In this document: piece after piece, positions 31,748 to 40,623 of the stretch
How positions within the stretch are numbered: position 1 is the first letter of the stretch
How the letters are laid out: the number at the start of each line of letters is the position of its first letter
Source of the DNA: Meiothermus sp.
GTDB lineage: Bacteria; Deinococcota; Deinococci; Deinococcales; Thermaceae
Direction of reading: 5' to 3'
DNA: 64,000 nucleotides
Assembly (NCBI GenBank): GCA_033762915.1
Contig: JANRLD010000013.1
Span: 58,547 to 122,546 of the forward strand
Notes under the pieces: model-generated
Seen by the model: the letters and a program-made list of their open reading frames with translations, nothing else
Told to the model about the DNA's origin: nothing
Databases searched by the model: none
Position numbers and translations under genes: made by a program

Positions 31748-32320
31748 TTATCGGTGTCCCTCGAGCCGACCCCGCAACTGACCATGTGGGTCATAGACTT
31801 CGATAAAACTGCTTTTGAGCAGATTATCAGGGAATACCGCCAGATTGGTTTTGCCATCCGTGGCGGAGAGCACCAATAGCGCCTCGAGGCCCAGCCCCTT
31901 GGCTGCAATCCCGAGGGCTTGAGTCGGTGGCACTTCGCCTTTGGCTTGAACCTCCCGCCACGAGGCAGTGAGCTGGTCTCGATTGGTTTTCAAGGTTGCC
32001 CAGTGTGGGGGCTGACTGATGTCGGTGATGCGTTGAAGCTTGAAGCGCACACTCAGCAACAAATAGGGGTTCAACGGCTGCGCGGCGAATTTGGCTTGGA
32101 CGCTCGAGCCGAATCCTACCTCGCGCAGGGTGGTGTCAGGGTTCTCGGCGAGGTACAGCACCTCAAACAGCCCTTTGGGGTTATAGCGCCCACCTGTCAA
32201 AATCGAACCGACTGCCGAAAGGGGAGTCTCGAGAAATCTGCTCTGAGTAGCTCGAAAAGCAGTGCCCTCGAGAGGCAGTGTAGGGAGTTCCTGCAAAGCC
32301 GCAGAGAAAAACTCGATCAA
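31748..32320 (-). CDS. RES-domain toxin (NAD+ phosphorylase/ART-like)
   Basis: GGRYNP, LYLAE...T.L.E, TQALG, L.V.S, NLAVFP motifs; TTG start overlaps the antitoxin stop. Confidence 0.9.
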   Translation of the reverse strand: MIEFFSAALQELPTLPLEGTAFRATQSRFLETPLSAVGSILTGGRYNPKGLFEVLYLAENPDTTLREVGFGSSVQAKFAAQPLNPYLLLSVRFKLQRITDISQPPHWATLKTNRDQLTASWREVQAKGEVPPTQALGIAAKGLGLEALLVLSATDGKTNLAVFPDNLLKSSFIEVYDPHGQLRGRLEGHR

Positions 32321-32676
32321 CGCGGCACGCCCATTTCGATTGCCAGCACTAGGTCTTCGACAGGTTCAAAGTTGCTCTCAGTCAAATACTCAATGGGAGC
32401 TTTTCCGCCAAAATCGGGGTGTCCCGACTTGAGCCAAATGCGGGCATTGACTTCCGAACCAGTGAGGTCGCGGATGCGGACGAAGAGCTGCTCGAGCTGG
32501 CGCATTTTGGGCTGAAGCCGATCCGAGGTAGGGGTTTTGAGCAAGGCTTGGCGACTGACCCCCAATATCTGGGCCATTTGGGGAACTTTGACGGCGTAGA
32601 CCTCGCTTAGGGCTAGTGCGTCGAGGTTGCCGCTTACGCCGTGGGCTTGCTCGAGGACATGGGTCAGAGCGCTCAT
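32317..32676 (-). CDS. Xre/MbcA/ParS-type antitoxin
   Basis: HTH (QMAQILGVSRQAL) and C-terminal A..WL...HP.FGG.AP..L; directly upstream of the RES gene. Confidence 0.88.
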   Translation of the reverse strand: MSALTHVLEQAHGVSGNLDALALSEVYAVKVPQMAQILGVSRQALLKTPTSDRLQPKMRQLEQLFVRIRDLTGSEVNARIWLKSGHPDFGGKAPIEYLTESNFEPVEDLVLAIEMGVPR

Positions 32677-32725
32677 GGGTTTAGTTTACAATAAGTTGTC
32701 AAAAAGTTGCAGTTTGGTCTAACAC

Positions 32726-32820
32726 CTCGAGCGGAGCCAAAACCCCAAAACTCGAGCCAAACCTAGCCGTTAAGCTGGCGGCTCAAGGTCAACTGGGCCT
32801 GAGGTGAAATCCGCCTCGAG
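32726..32820. repeat. About 95-bp CTCGAG-punctuated repeat between the two TA modules
   Basis: Aligns with 33409-33501 (AACCCCAAAACTCGAGC...GCTGGCGGCTC.AGGTCAAC...CCTCGAG) and with 31621-31653. Confidence 0.75.
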
Positions 32821-32870
32821 TGGACGCCATGGAGTGCGCTCGCGCACCACCAAAACCGCCCGTCTGCAGC

Positions 32871-33190
32871 CTACTCCCTGCCTGGCTCCAGAAGACGGTG
32901 TGCCCAGTAGTCAGGCCGTCGGCTCATGTGGCAGATGGCGATAAAGTAGATGGCATCTGGTTCGATGATGTAAACCAGTTGGTACGAAAACCGTTTCATG
33001 ATGTTGCGTCGTGCGCCGGACGGGTGAATAACAGGAAACAGCTCGGGTTCTCGAGGATAGCCAAGCTTTCGGCCTCGAACAGGGCCATAAAATCTTCTTT
33101 AAGTTTGGGATCTATGGCCCTGTAATACTCGCTGGCCTGTACCAAATCCAACCGAGCCTCGGGGTGGAAGACTCTAGCCAGCTCGAACAT
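32871..33190 (-). pseudogene. ParE/RelE-family toxin, frameshifted
   Basis: N-part FHPEA..DL..A..YY; after a 1-nt shift near 33045 the frame reads LFPVIHPSGARRNIMKRFSYQLVY...IAICHMSRRPDYW to TAG at 32871. Confidence 0.85.
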
Positions 33191-33392
33191 CGCGCATGAC
33201 TTCTTCCCAAGGAATGCCCTTGACCTTGCCGCTGCGAATCTCTTCCACCCGCCGCCCGATCACTTCGAGCCAGAGTTGCTCGTTTTCCTCGAGGGTGGGT
33301 TCATCTACGCTCAGTTGAAGCTCTCGAGCCAACTCAGCCCGTTCCTTCAAACTTAGCTTAAGTGCTTGTTCCAAAATCTGGGTCTTGCTCAT
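33174..33392 (-). CDS. Addiction-module antitoxin (TIGR02574-like)
   Basis: MSKTQILEQALKLSLKERAELA...W...I.RR.EEI.SGKV.GIPWEEV; ATG 33392 preceded by TACACT-N6. Confidence 0.88.
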   Translation of the reverse strand: MSKTQILEQALKLSLKERAELARELQLSVDEPTLEENEQLWLEVIGRRVEEIRSGKVKGIPWEEVMRDVRAG

Positions 33393-33408
33393 GGGTTTAG
33401 TGTAGCAC

Positions 33409-33501
33409 CTCGAGCATTTCCGAACCCCAAAAACTCGAGCAAAAATCCCCACTTTGTGCTGGCGGCTCGAGGTCAACCCGGTATGAGTTAACCACCTCGA
33501 G
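33409..33501. repeat. Third copy of the CTCGAG-punctuated repeat
   Basis: Homologous to 32726-32820; contains four CTCGAG sites. Confidence 0.7.
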
Positions 33502-33890
33502 ACCGAGAGGCTCTCGAGCAGTGTAAGGGCCAAAGACTCGAAGCTACTCGAGCTTTGCCAGGAAGCTATAAACCGTGGAGTACGCTCCTACACGATGCAA
33601 GTCGCCAGCAAAAGTGATTGTGCGTAAACCGCTTTATAAGTAAAGAAGGGGCAAGCGTACTCGTATACACCCCACTCAGAACCACAAATAGCAACCTAGT
33701 AAATTCCCTCGAATGTACTTGTAACACAACTTCGAATACAATCTAAATTGAAAGAAATATAATGATAACGCATTTTTTAACGTATGTTGGGTCATTTTCC
33801 ATAAAGTTTCATTACTTTTCTAAGTATTATCTAAGCGACATCACAACATTATTCTCTACGTCATTCTCCAGTGGTGTTGGAGGGAATCAA

Positions 33891-34691
33891 ATGAGAAAGA
33901 GTAAGTTTGTTAAGTCGGTTCTACTGGCAGCAGGGGTATTGGCTCTGGCGGCGTGTGGTGGGGCAGGAGTTCGAGAAAACGCCGAAGAAGGTGATCTTTC
34001 AATCGCCTCAGGCACGGTTCAGGTTAGCTGGGGAAATACCGTCACCCTCCCTACCGTTCCTACATGGGGCCAATGGTTCTTTTTCAACGATGGCATTGCC
34101 ACCGGCACAGGCTCGTTCGTCAACGGGCCAGCAACTCCGCCCATCGGGACGGGCAGCGTTCAGCTCGTAGTGGACAATACCGGGCGGGCGCTGATTGGAA
34201 CCACTCAGTACATAGGAACCAAACTGGCTGACATCAAGGCGTTGCAGTACAGCACCTACAACCAAACTGCCACGACCACTATTGCTCCTTCCCTACAGTT
34301 TGGCTATGACCAGGATATCACCGACTCTGTGACTGGTTTCCAAGGTCGCCTAGTGTATGAACCGGTGTACTCGGGCAGTGTGACCAGTGGAGTCTGGCAA
34401 ACTTGGGATACGCTGGCCGGGAAGTGGTGGGCCACCAACAATGCAACTTCAACCTTGGATAACGCCTGCCCTCAGTCTAACCCGTGTACGCTTGCGCAAG
34501 TCCTAGCGGCAGCTCCGAGGGTGGCGATTCATCCCAACTCTAACTTTGGTTGGCTGCTAATCAAGTTGGGCGGTCCCATTAGCGGTGGGTTCACTGCTAA
34601 CGCTGATCGCTTGGTGATCCGTCGGGTCTGGGAAACCTCGAACACCATCTTCAACTTCGAGTCTAGGAACTGTCAATCGGATCGTTGCTAG
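33891..34691 (+). CDS. Secreted lipoprotein of unknown function (beta-rich, lower GC)
   Basis: RBS GGAGGG, MRKSKFVKSVLLAAGVLALAAC lipobox; GRLVYEP.Y...WQTWD...GKWW; followed by a terminator. Confidence 0.82.
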   Translation: MRKSKFVKSVLLAAGVLALAACGGAGVRENAEEGDLSIASGTVQVSWGNTVTLPTVPTWGQWFFFNDGIATGTGSFVNGPATPPIGTGSVQLVVDNTGRALIGTTQYIGTKLADIKALQYSTYNQTATTTIAPSLQFGYDQDITDSVTGFQGRLVYEPVYSGSVTSGVWQTWDTLAGKWWATNNATSTLDNACPQSNPCTLAQVLAAAPRVAIHPNSNFGWLLIKLGGPISGGFTANADRLVIRRVWETSNTIFNFESRNCQSDRC

Positions 34692-34740
34692 CTTTCTAGG
34701 TTAGGTTACAAAGCCTACCTCGGCAAGCCAATAAACATTC

Positions 34741-34769
34741 AACCCCTCTTCGAATACCGAAGAGGGGTT
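34741..34769 (+). terminator. Intrinsic terminator-like hairpin
   Basis: AACCCCTCTTCG-AATAC-CGAAGAGGGGTT. Confidence 0.7.
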
Positions 34770-34969
34770 GAACTATTTTTGATATCTGACCACTAAGTGG
34801 CTACGTAGCTAAAGTGCGAGTTGCTAATCCGAAACACCCATAGGGAATAGCACTAGTAGGTCGTCAACGGCTAAAATGCAGCCAGATCGTTGCCAACTTG
34901 CCCGAATCACCGCAGCATCACCCGAACAATATCCGTTGACGCAGCGCTAGTGCTTGCAACAGGGTACGA

Positions 34970-35590
34970 GATTGTTGACCAGAAAGCCCGATCCCATAGC
35001 AGTAACCCGGTAGCCCGCGCAAAGGTTGTGGCTGAGAGTGAGGTTGTTCTTGGGTCTCGAGCGGAACCGCACAAAGGTGATGTACCAACGCCCTTAGCTG
35101 TTACCGAGGTTGATACTGCCGCTGCGTTGGTTAGCGACGCGTACCCGTTTTGTCTTGGCAGGCCAGCTCGAGTTCCGTATGCAATGCATAGCCCTTAGCC
35201 TCGGCATATTGGCTGCTGCTTAGAGCCGACCTACAGCTATTGCGAAGGAGAGGTTGATCTACTCAGCCATGGCTATCAGGGCAACCGCAAAGTCGCTAAA
35301 CCCAAAACCCAATCCCCCCAACCCCCCTTAGGGCGTAGCGCAAACCGAGTCTCGAGGCTCAAACCGCAAACCAAGCATCCAAAGGGGGGCAACAACGTCC
35401 CCGCAAATTGATTTACGGGGACGTTGTTGCCCCCCTTTCGTCATCACCGCAACACAACTAGCAACTCCATGTGCGCTGAGAGGCTCGGTCTAAGGGGGGT
35501 AGGGGGGATTGCTTTTGACTTTGCGGTTGCCCTGCCATGGCTATCCAGAGGGGTTTGGTACGGGCATGATTGGGGTTATGCTGTACGATT
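34970..35590 (-). pseudogene. Decayed paralogue of the 30676-31389 lipoprotein, probably interrupted by a MITE
   Basis: Minus-strand fragments SALSSSQYAEAKGYALHTELE (35229-35167), GSINLGNS*GRWYITFV (35120-35070), PLETQEQ and YRVTAMGSGFLVN match SALHSGQHAQARGYILPAELD, GSTNLSYSQGRWFLTFV, PLEAQEQ and CRVAAVGSGLLVS. The portion beyond the MITE is tentative. Confidence 0.75.
35277..35534. mobile_element. 258-bp MITE (family C) with 18-bp TIRs and 10-bp target duplication
   Basis: CAGGGCAACCGCAAAGTC...GACTTTGCGGTTGCCCTG flanked by CCATGGCTAT at 35267-35276 and 35535-35544; perfect 23-bp inner inverted repeat at 35381-35438. Confidence 0.93.
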
Positions 35591-35626
35591 TAGCATTTGA
35601 ATTCGCTAGATCCGGCAACTATACAT

Positions 35627-35652
35627 AAAAACCCCCGCCAAAGCGGGGGTTG
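35627..35652 (-). terminator. Intrinsic terminator of the large lipoprotein gene
   Basis: AACCCCCGC-CAAA-GCGGGGGTT with a U-tract on the minus strand. Confidence 0.75.
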
Positions 35653-35668
35653 TGAGAGGGCTTGAAGT

Positions 35669-38600
35669 TTACTGAACGGTAGTGGACTCGGACACAATCT
35701 TGGGCAGCGCGGGCTGCGGCAGTTCGGTCGAGCGTGGAGTCCAGCTTGCCGTACCAGTTGCGTTGGTGGTGCCAATGTTCGCTCCAGCGGTGGCCTCAAT
35801 GAAGTAGACCAGTGATTCGCCAGCGGGCAGGTCGTTGAGCGCGAAAGTGACGGTGTTATTGCTGTTAGAGAAGGTGGCTGTGGAGGTCACAGCACCAGCT
35901 ACACCAGCAGTACCAGTGGGGTTAGCGCGGAGAACAAGCACGTTGGGGGTGGCAGCAGCAGCACCATTGGTGGTGTACCGCACGAAGGTGTTGTTCAGAG
36001 TTACATTGAACGCGACATCGGTAGCGGTGGTGTCACCCGTGTTATTGATGCGGAAGCTGTACCAGAAGGTGGTACCACGGTTCATCGGATCGGGTTCGAT
36101 GGCTTGGGTCAGTGCTGGAGGAGTGGGGTTGAACACGCGCTCTTGGGTGGTGGTCAGACCGATCCAGGGGCGGCCAGGGGTGTAGAAGTCGGACAGTACG
36201 CAGCTAACCAGACCACGGTTGAGCGGGTAGTTGTCGCGGATGAACTGAGGATCGCTAGCTTGCGGGAGGCGATCAGGACGCCAGGTTACGGTGTTGGGCC
36301 AGCTTGCGAAGAAGGGCCAATCCAAGCGGTAGGGGATAAAACCACCGGGGTTGAAGCCAGGGTTGAGGTTCCAAGCCCGCTCGTTGGGCCAGACGTGGAT
36401 CAAGCGACCGCTGCCGTCGGCAAAGTTGGCGGGATCGTCACCGAAGTAACCTTGAACGCTGCTGAAACGGTTGCCTTCGCTGTCCAGAGGCCCACCGGCA
36501 GCAAGCGTACCGGTCAGATACCAGTCGATTGCAGCATTGGGGTCAGCAATGTTGGTACGGGTGGGTGAAACACGGCTCGAGTCGAGGATACCAAAGCCCC
36601 CATCAGGCGCAGGCTGGTTCAGGTTGCGGGCATCCACGAAGGCGCAGTTACGCCAGCTTGCATCGTTGATGAAGTTGGGGTCGTCAAGGCCACCCAAGCG
36701 GCCCATCAGACGGTAGGTGGCGCTACCACGGTCACCGCCACCCATCAGCGGGATAGTAGACCAGTTGAAGGCGGTCTCGCCGATTTGTGGAGTACGCGGA
36801 GCGTAGTTGGCAGCGGGTACGACGTTGGCTCCAGTATCAACAGGGTTGTTGGAGATAGCCAGCGGGCTCAGGCTGCCTTGCACGAAGTCCAGACCGCGAC
36901 CAAATACATCGGTAGTCTTGACATTGCGGGCATAGGGGTTGTCACGCAGTACGCCGTTGAACTCGGTGGGGTACTTGGTGCGGAGGCTGGCGTAGCGAGC
37001 GGCGCGGGCATCACCACCAGCAGACTCGAGGTTGACAACGGTGGTGCGGTAGGTGATGGCGGTGCCGATTTGCTGGCGACCGGTGGGGTCAACGATGCGC
37101 TTGACTACGTTGAGCACGGGGCGGACGGCCCAGATTTCTACGTTGTCAATCTTGGCTTGGGTGTCGGGTTGGTAGTCTTGGAGCACTTGCACACCCTTGG
37201 GCGTGCTGTCTACGGGAGCACCGCTGTACCAAGTTACGGTTACGTCGTTGGTCTTGTCACCGTTGACCACACGGTAGGGGTCAGAGGGGCAGCGACCATC
37301 TTGGTTGACAACCGAGCTGATGGGCTTGACTTGGAAGCCGCTGAAGGCGTTGCCGAAGAAGGTTTGCTGGTAGGCATCTTCGTCCCAGCAGAAGCCAGGC
37401 TTCTGACGGATGTAGACCAAGAAGCTCACCACTGCGGTTTGGCCAGGGTCAAGCTTACCAAGCACAGGGATGCTGGCGTTGTCGAAGCTAACCGCGTGCA
37501 GGTTGGCCGAGTAGGTGTTGCTAGCAGCGTTGGAGGCGTTGTTGACGGTCACGCTGGCGCTATCGGTCAGCACGCCCAACTCTGCGGGCAGAGCATCGCC
37601 GATCACTACGTTGTAAGCAGGATCGTTACCTTCGTTCTTGACGGTGATGGTGACGCGCGAGGTGAAGACGTTCTGGCCGTTGACTACGTTAGTAGAGGCG
37701 GCTACTTCAGGCGCGTCGTAGGAACGCAGGGTGTAGGTGTTGGCTACAGTACCGGTGGTCGCGCCTTGAGGGCCATCCACACGGGTGCGGGCCGAGTCGC
37801 TACCTGCCCAGGTCAGGACGTGGTTGCTAACGCTCTTGTCGATGCTCAGGTAAGTGCCGATCCACTTCTTCTCAACGCTGAGGCTCTTCAGGGGGAAGGC
37901 CAAGCGGCCACCGTAGCGACCAACGATCCACAGGGTGGCGTTGAGGGTGATGTCTAGGGGCATCTCATCCAAGCCAACATCGGCTTTAGGACGAACGTCC
38001 ACTATGCCATCATCATCCAAGCAAGAGGGACGGATGGTGGTGATGGCGGTAGGAGCAGGAGGAGCAGGATTGACGGGATCGTTGCAGAACAGATCAACCC
38101 GGTTGGCATCGGGGCCAGTCACGGTGTAGAGCCATACCATGCCAGAGTTGCCGGTAGGCAGGGGGCCAGTAGGCTGCTTGACCAAAACATTGGTGCCAAA
38201 GGTAAAGGCGTTGTCAAGCGGGTTGTTGTTGCTGACATCATTCGAGGTGCCAGTGCCGTTGGGCCTGGGCTTGAAGATGTTGACATAGCTCTTGACCACA
38301 CCGTTGGTGCGTCTTTCGGACAGCAAGGGTGCAGGATCTTGAGCGGGGTACTGGTAGTACAGGTGGGAGATGTTGATGAAGAACAGCTTGAACTCGGTAA
38401 CGGGGGTACCGCTGGCGGTCATGGTGACCTTAACCGGGCCAAGGATGTCGGAACCGAGCAGGTCGGAGATGGTGGGCAGGATGCTCAAGGCTCCGGGCAC
38501 GAAGCCAATAGGAGCGAAGAAGCGAACCCATACGTATCCGTTGGCATCCGAGGTGAAAGGAGCGGGGTTGGTTTTGGGAGCGGTGCAACCCGAGAACACG

Positions 38601-39256
38601 CTCACCGCGCCAACGCGGGTGTTTTGCACATCAATAACAGCATTGGCTACGCCATTGCCTTGGGCATCCAGCACCCGTACCTTGACGCACACATCTTCTT
38701 CGGTTTGCGAAGCCCAGATGCGGACGTTCTTGCTGGGGTTGAAATCGCCTTCGTTCACGCTGGGCAGGTCAACACCCCAAGTGTCCACAACACTCTCGAT
38801 GGAGAGGCGGGCCGGAGGAGCCGAAGGAGAAGGAGGGGGAGTAGGACCGCCGCCACCACCGCTGCCGCCACCGCCACCGTCACTGGATTGTGGGGTGAAG
38901 GTCAGTTCGACTTGAGCAGTCTTGCCACCGTCTACGGTTACCAGCTTCAGCTCGGGGGCGTTGTAGCCAGCGACACGAGCCGCGCCCACGCCGTAGGTAC
39001 CGGCGGGCAGGTTGGAAAGGGTTCTGTTGCCAGCAACGCTCTCGTCGAGGATGGACTTGCCGTCCGCGCCCGAGACCACGTTGACCTTAGCCGCGTCTAC
39101 ACCCTTAACTACCACCTGCTGGTTACCCAGCACTGGGGTTGGGGTAGGGGTAGGGTTGGGGTTGGGATTTGGATTCCCCCCCGTGCTCTGCTGTCCACAG
39201 CCTGCGAGGAACAGCACAGCGCTAGTCAAAAGACCTAAAACTGCAGAATATTTCAC
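35669..39256 (-). CDS. Large surface lipoprotein with DUF11-type Ig-like repeats (S-layer/adhesin-like)
   Basis: RBS GGAGGT plus GTG 39256, lipobox LAGC; Pro/Gly linkers; DUF11-like LSIDKSV...ITVKNEG..PA.NVVI.D.LP, LNVVKR...ITYR..V.N and YSFRINNTG..TAT.V. Confidence 0.85.
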   Translation of the reverse strand: MKYSAVLGLLTSAVLFLAGCGQQSTGGNPNPNPNPTPTPTPVLGNQQVVVKGVDAAKVNVVSGADGKSILDESVAGNRTLSNLPAGTYGVGAARVAGYNAPELKLVTVDGGKTAQVELTFTPQSSDGGGGGSGGGGGPTPPPSPSAPPARLSIESVVDTWGVDLPSVNEGDFNPSKNVRIWASQTEEDVCVKVRVLDAQGNGVANAVIDVQNTRVGAVSVFSGCTAPKTNPAPFTSDANGYVWVRFFAPIGFVPGALSILPTISDLLGSDILGPVKVTMTASGTPVTEFKLFFINISHLYYQYPAQDPAPLLSERRTNGVVKSYVNIFKPRPNGTGTSNDVSNNNPLDNAFTFGTNVLVKQPTGPLPTGNSGMVWLYTVTGPDANRVDLFCNDPVNPAPPAPTAITTIRPSCLDDDGIVDVRPKADVGLDEMPLDITLNATLWIVGRYGGRLAFPLKSLSVEKKWIGTYLSIDKSVSNHVLTWAGSDSARTRVDGPQGATTGTVANTYTLRSYDAPEVAASTNVVNGQNVFTSRVTITVKNEGNDPAYNVVIGDALPAELGVLTDSASVTVNNASNAASNTYSANLHAVSFDNASIPVLGKLDPGQTAVVSFLVYIRQKPGFCWDEDAYQQTFFGNAFSGFQVKPISSVVNQDGRCPSDPYRVVNGDKTNDVTVTWYSGAPVDSTPKGVQVLQDYQPDTQAKIDNVEIWAVRPVLNVVKRIVDPTGRQQIGTAITYRTTVVNLESAGGDARAARYASLRTKYPTEFNGVLRDNPYARNVKTTDVFGRGLDFVQGSLSPLAISNNPVDTGANVVPAANYAPRTPQIGETAFNWSTIPLMGGGDRGSATYRLMGRLGGLDDPNFINDASWRNCAFVDARNLNQPAPDGGFGILDSSRVSPTRTNIADPNAAIDWYLTGTLAAGGPLDSEGNRFSSVQGYFGDDPANFADGSGRLIHVWPNERAWNLNPGFNPGGFIPYRLDWPFFASWPNTVTWRPDRLPQASDPQFIRDNYPLNRGLVSCVLSDFYTPGRPWIGLTTTQERVFNPTPPALTQAIEPDPMNRGTTFWYSFRINNTGDTTATDVAFNVTLNNTFVRYTTNGAAAATPNVLVLRANPTGTAGVAGAVTSTATFSNSNNTVTFALNDLPAGESLVYFIEATAGANIGTTNATGTASWTPRSTELPQPALPKIVSESTTVQ

Positions 39257-39924
39257 ACACACCTCCTCGAGCCGAAACTCGAATGGTGATCCCAAAAAAG
39301 CCTTTGCTTTGAATCGGAAGATATACAGGTTGTATATCTTGCACCGCCTGCTCTTCGGTATTCGCCGCTGGTGGTATTCAGACTGGTCGGAGTGATGCGC
39401 GGAACCTGTGGATGTAAAGAGGATGTTGAGGGGTTAAGGAGTGCTCCGATTCCACTGTCTGTTTACCTGGCTTCTAAGCGATATCACCACCTCCGTTTCG
39501 TGACTAGATGCCGATTTCTAAAGGTTCAGCATTCCCGCGAACCTTCCTTAGCCTAACGTGAGGAATACGCCCATTCAATATCAAATGACCCAGACTACGT
39601 TATTTACCTACGTAATGCCGCCGTTACCTGGAATTGTGTGTTTCGAGACGAGGTTACGCCACCTCCGACAAGACACGACACACGTTACAGGCCCAAAAAC
39701 ACACGAAATACGCTGTCTGAGACAATAAAACAGCATTATTTGATTCGTGGATGGGGCGTTAATTGCCGTGTCAGGGTAACGCTGGGTCCGGACATGTCGT
39801 TCAAATCTCACAGCCCCCCGCACCCGGAGCCAGTGAATCGGATAATTTGCGGTGTAACCCCGGGGTGCAGAGGGTAACAAATTGGCCGGATCGGGCGGCT
39901 CGAGCCCGAAACGCGATTATGTTT

Positions 39925-40085
39925 TTGACGGTTTTCGGGACTCGAGTTAGACTATTAGGGCTACTGCGGTAGCTCTTATGATCGACCTGGCCTAAGCCTT
40001 TCCCCCGACTCGAGCTTGCGTTCGGCAGCCTTCGGGCTGCCGTTTTGCTTACGGGAGGTGTGCGGTGCGCTAGGTCGTTTTTTTC
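39925..40085 (+). promoter_or_regulatory. Promoter plus attenuator-like leader upstream of the small ORF/ABC-F unit
   Basis: TTGACG (39925)-N17-TAGACT (39948); uORF MIDLA* at 39978-39995; hairpin CGGCAGCC-TTCG-GGCTGCCG-TTTT at 40023-40046; GCTAGGTCG followed by a T7 run is complementary to the uORF segment CGACCTGGC. Confidence 0.6.
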
Positions 40086-40225
40086 GTGCCCATAGCCATT
40101 GGCCAACAGGATGGCCAAGGAATAAACCAAAGATGTAGCGCCTGCGCCCCGCGCTCCCGCAGCGGTGTTCGGGGCGCAAGCACCCTCCCAAAACACCCTG
40201 CTGTGTTTGCCTCAAAGGAGGCATC

Positions 40226-40420
40226 ATGTCTAAATCCAAACCGGTCGAAAACACCGTCCTCGAGGCGCTCGAGCCCGCCGAACGGCCCAAGCCCAGCCGC
40301 ATCGAGGAATTCCTCAAGTCCAAGGCCGCTCGAGGCCAGCACCTCGGCGGCGACCACCCGCCCAAACACGGCCAGCCGCAACACACCAAGCTCAAGGAGC
40401 GGGTGCGGCGGAGGCCGTAG
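40226..40420 (+). CDS. Small basic protein (64 aa)
   Basis: Strong RBS AAGGAGG, host-like codon usage, ends KLKERVRRRP. Confidence 0.7.
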   Translation: MSKSKPVENTVLEALEPAERPKPSRIEEFLKSKAARGQHLGGDHPPKHGQPQHTKLKERVRRRP

Positions 40421-40466
40421 GGGAGGGAAAAACGGGGAACGGGGAGACATCCCGTTCCCCGCCCAA

Positions 40467-40610
40467 GAGCGGTTCCCACGCATGCTCCCTACGGCGCTAA
40501 AGCGGGCGGTTTTTGCTGTAGAGCAGTTGTCACGAACACTCGGTACGGCGGTTGTTGCCAGACCGAGCGCCCTACTCCGCCCACGCTGCGGAGTATGGGT
40601 GGGAAACGCA
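40467..40610 (+). mobile_element. Repeat family A, copy 3, chimeric with a related element joined at a TA
   Basis: GAGCGGTTCCCAC...TTTTGCTGTA, then GAGCAGTTGTCACGAACAC...TACTCCGC/GCGGAGTA...GTGGGAAACGCA. Confidence 0.72.
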
Positions 40611-40623
40611 AAAGGAGCACAAG

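Noticed and set aside
32717..32820. Integron attC site (GTTAGAC on the minus strand at the repeat end)
   Set aside because: No convincing R''/L''/L'/R' fold, the other copies lack the core site, and there is no integrase in the window; the word aligns with the -10 region of the sister repeat.
34890..35198. 102-aa plus-strand ORF
   Set aside because: It is the antisense of the decayed lipoprotein paralogue.
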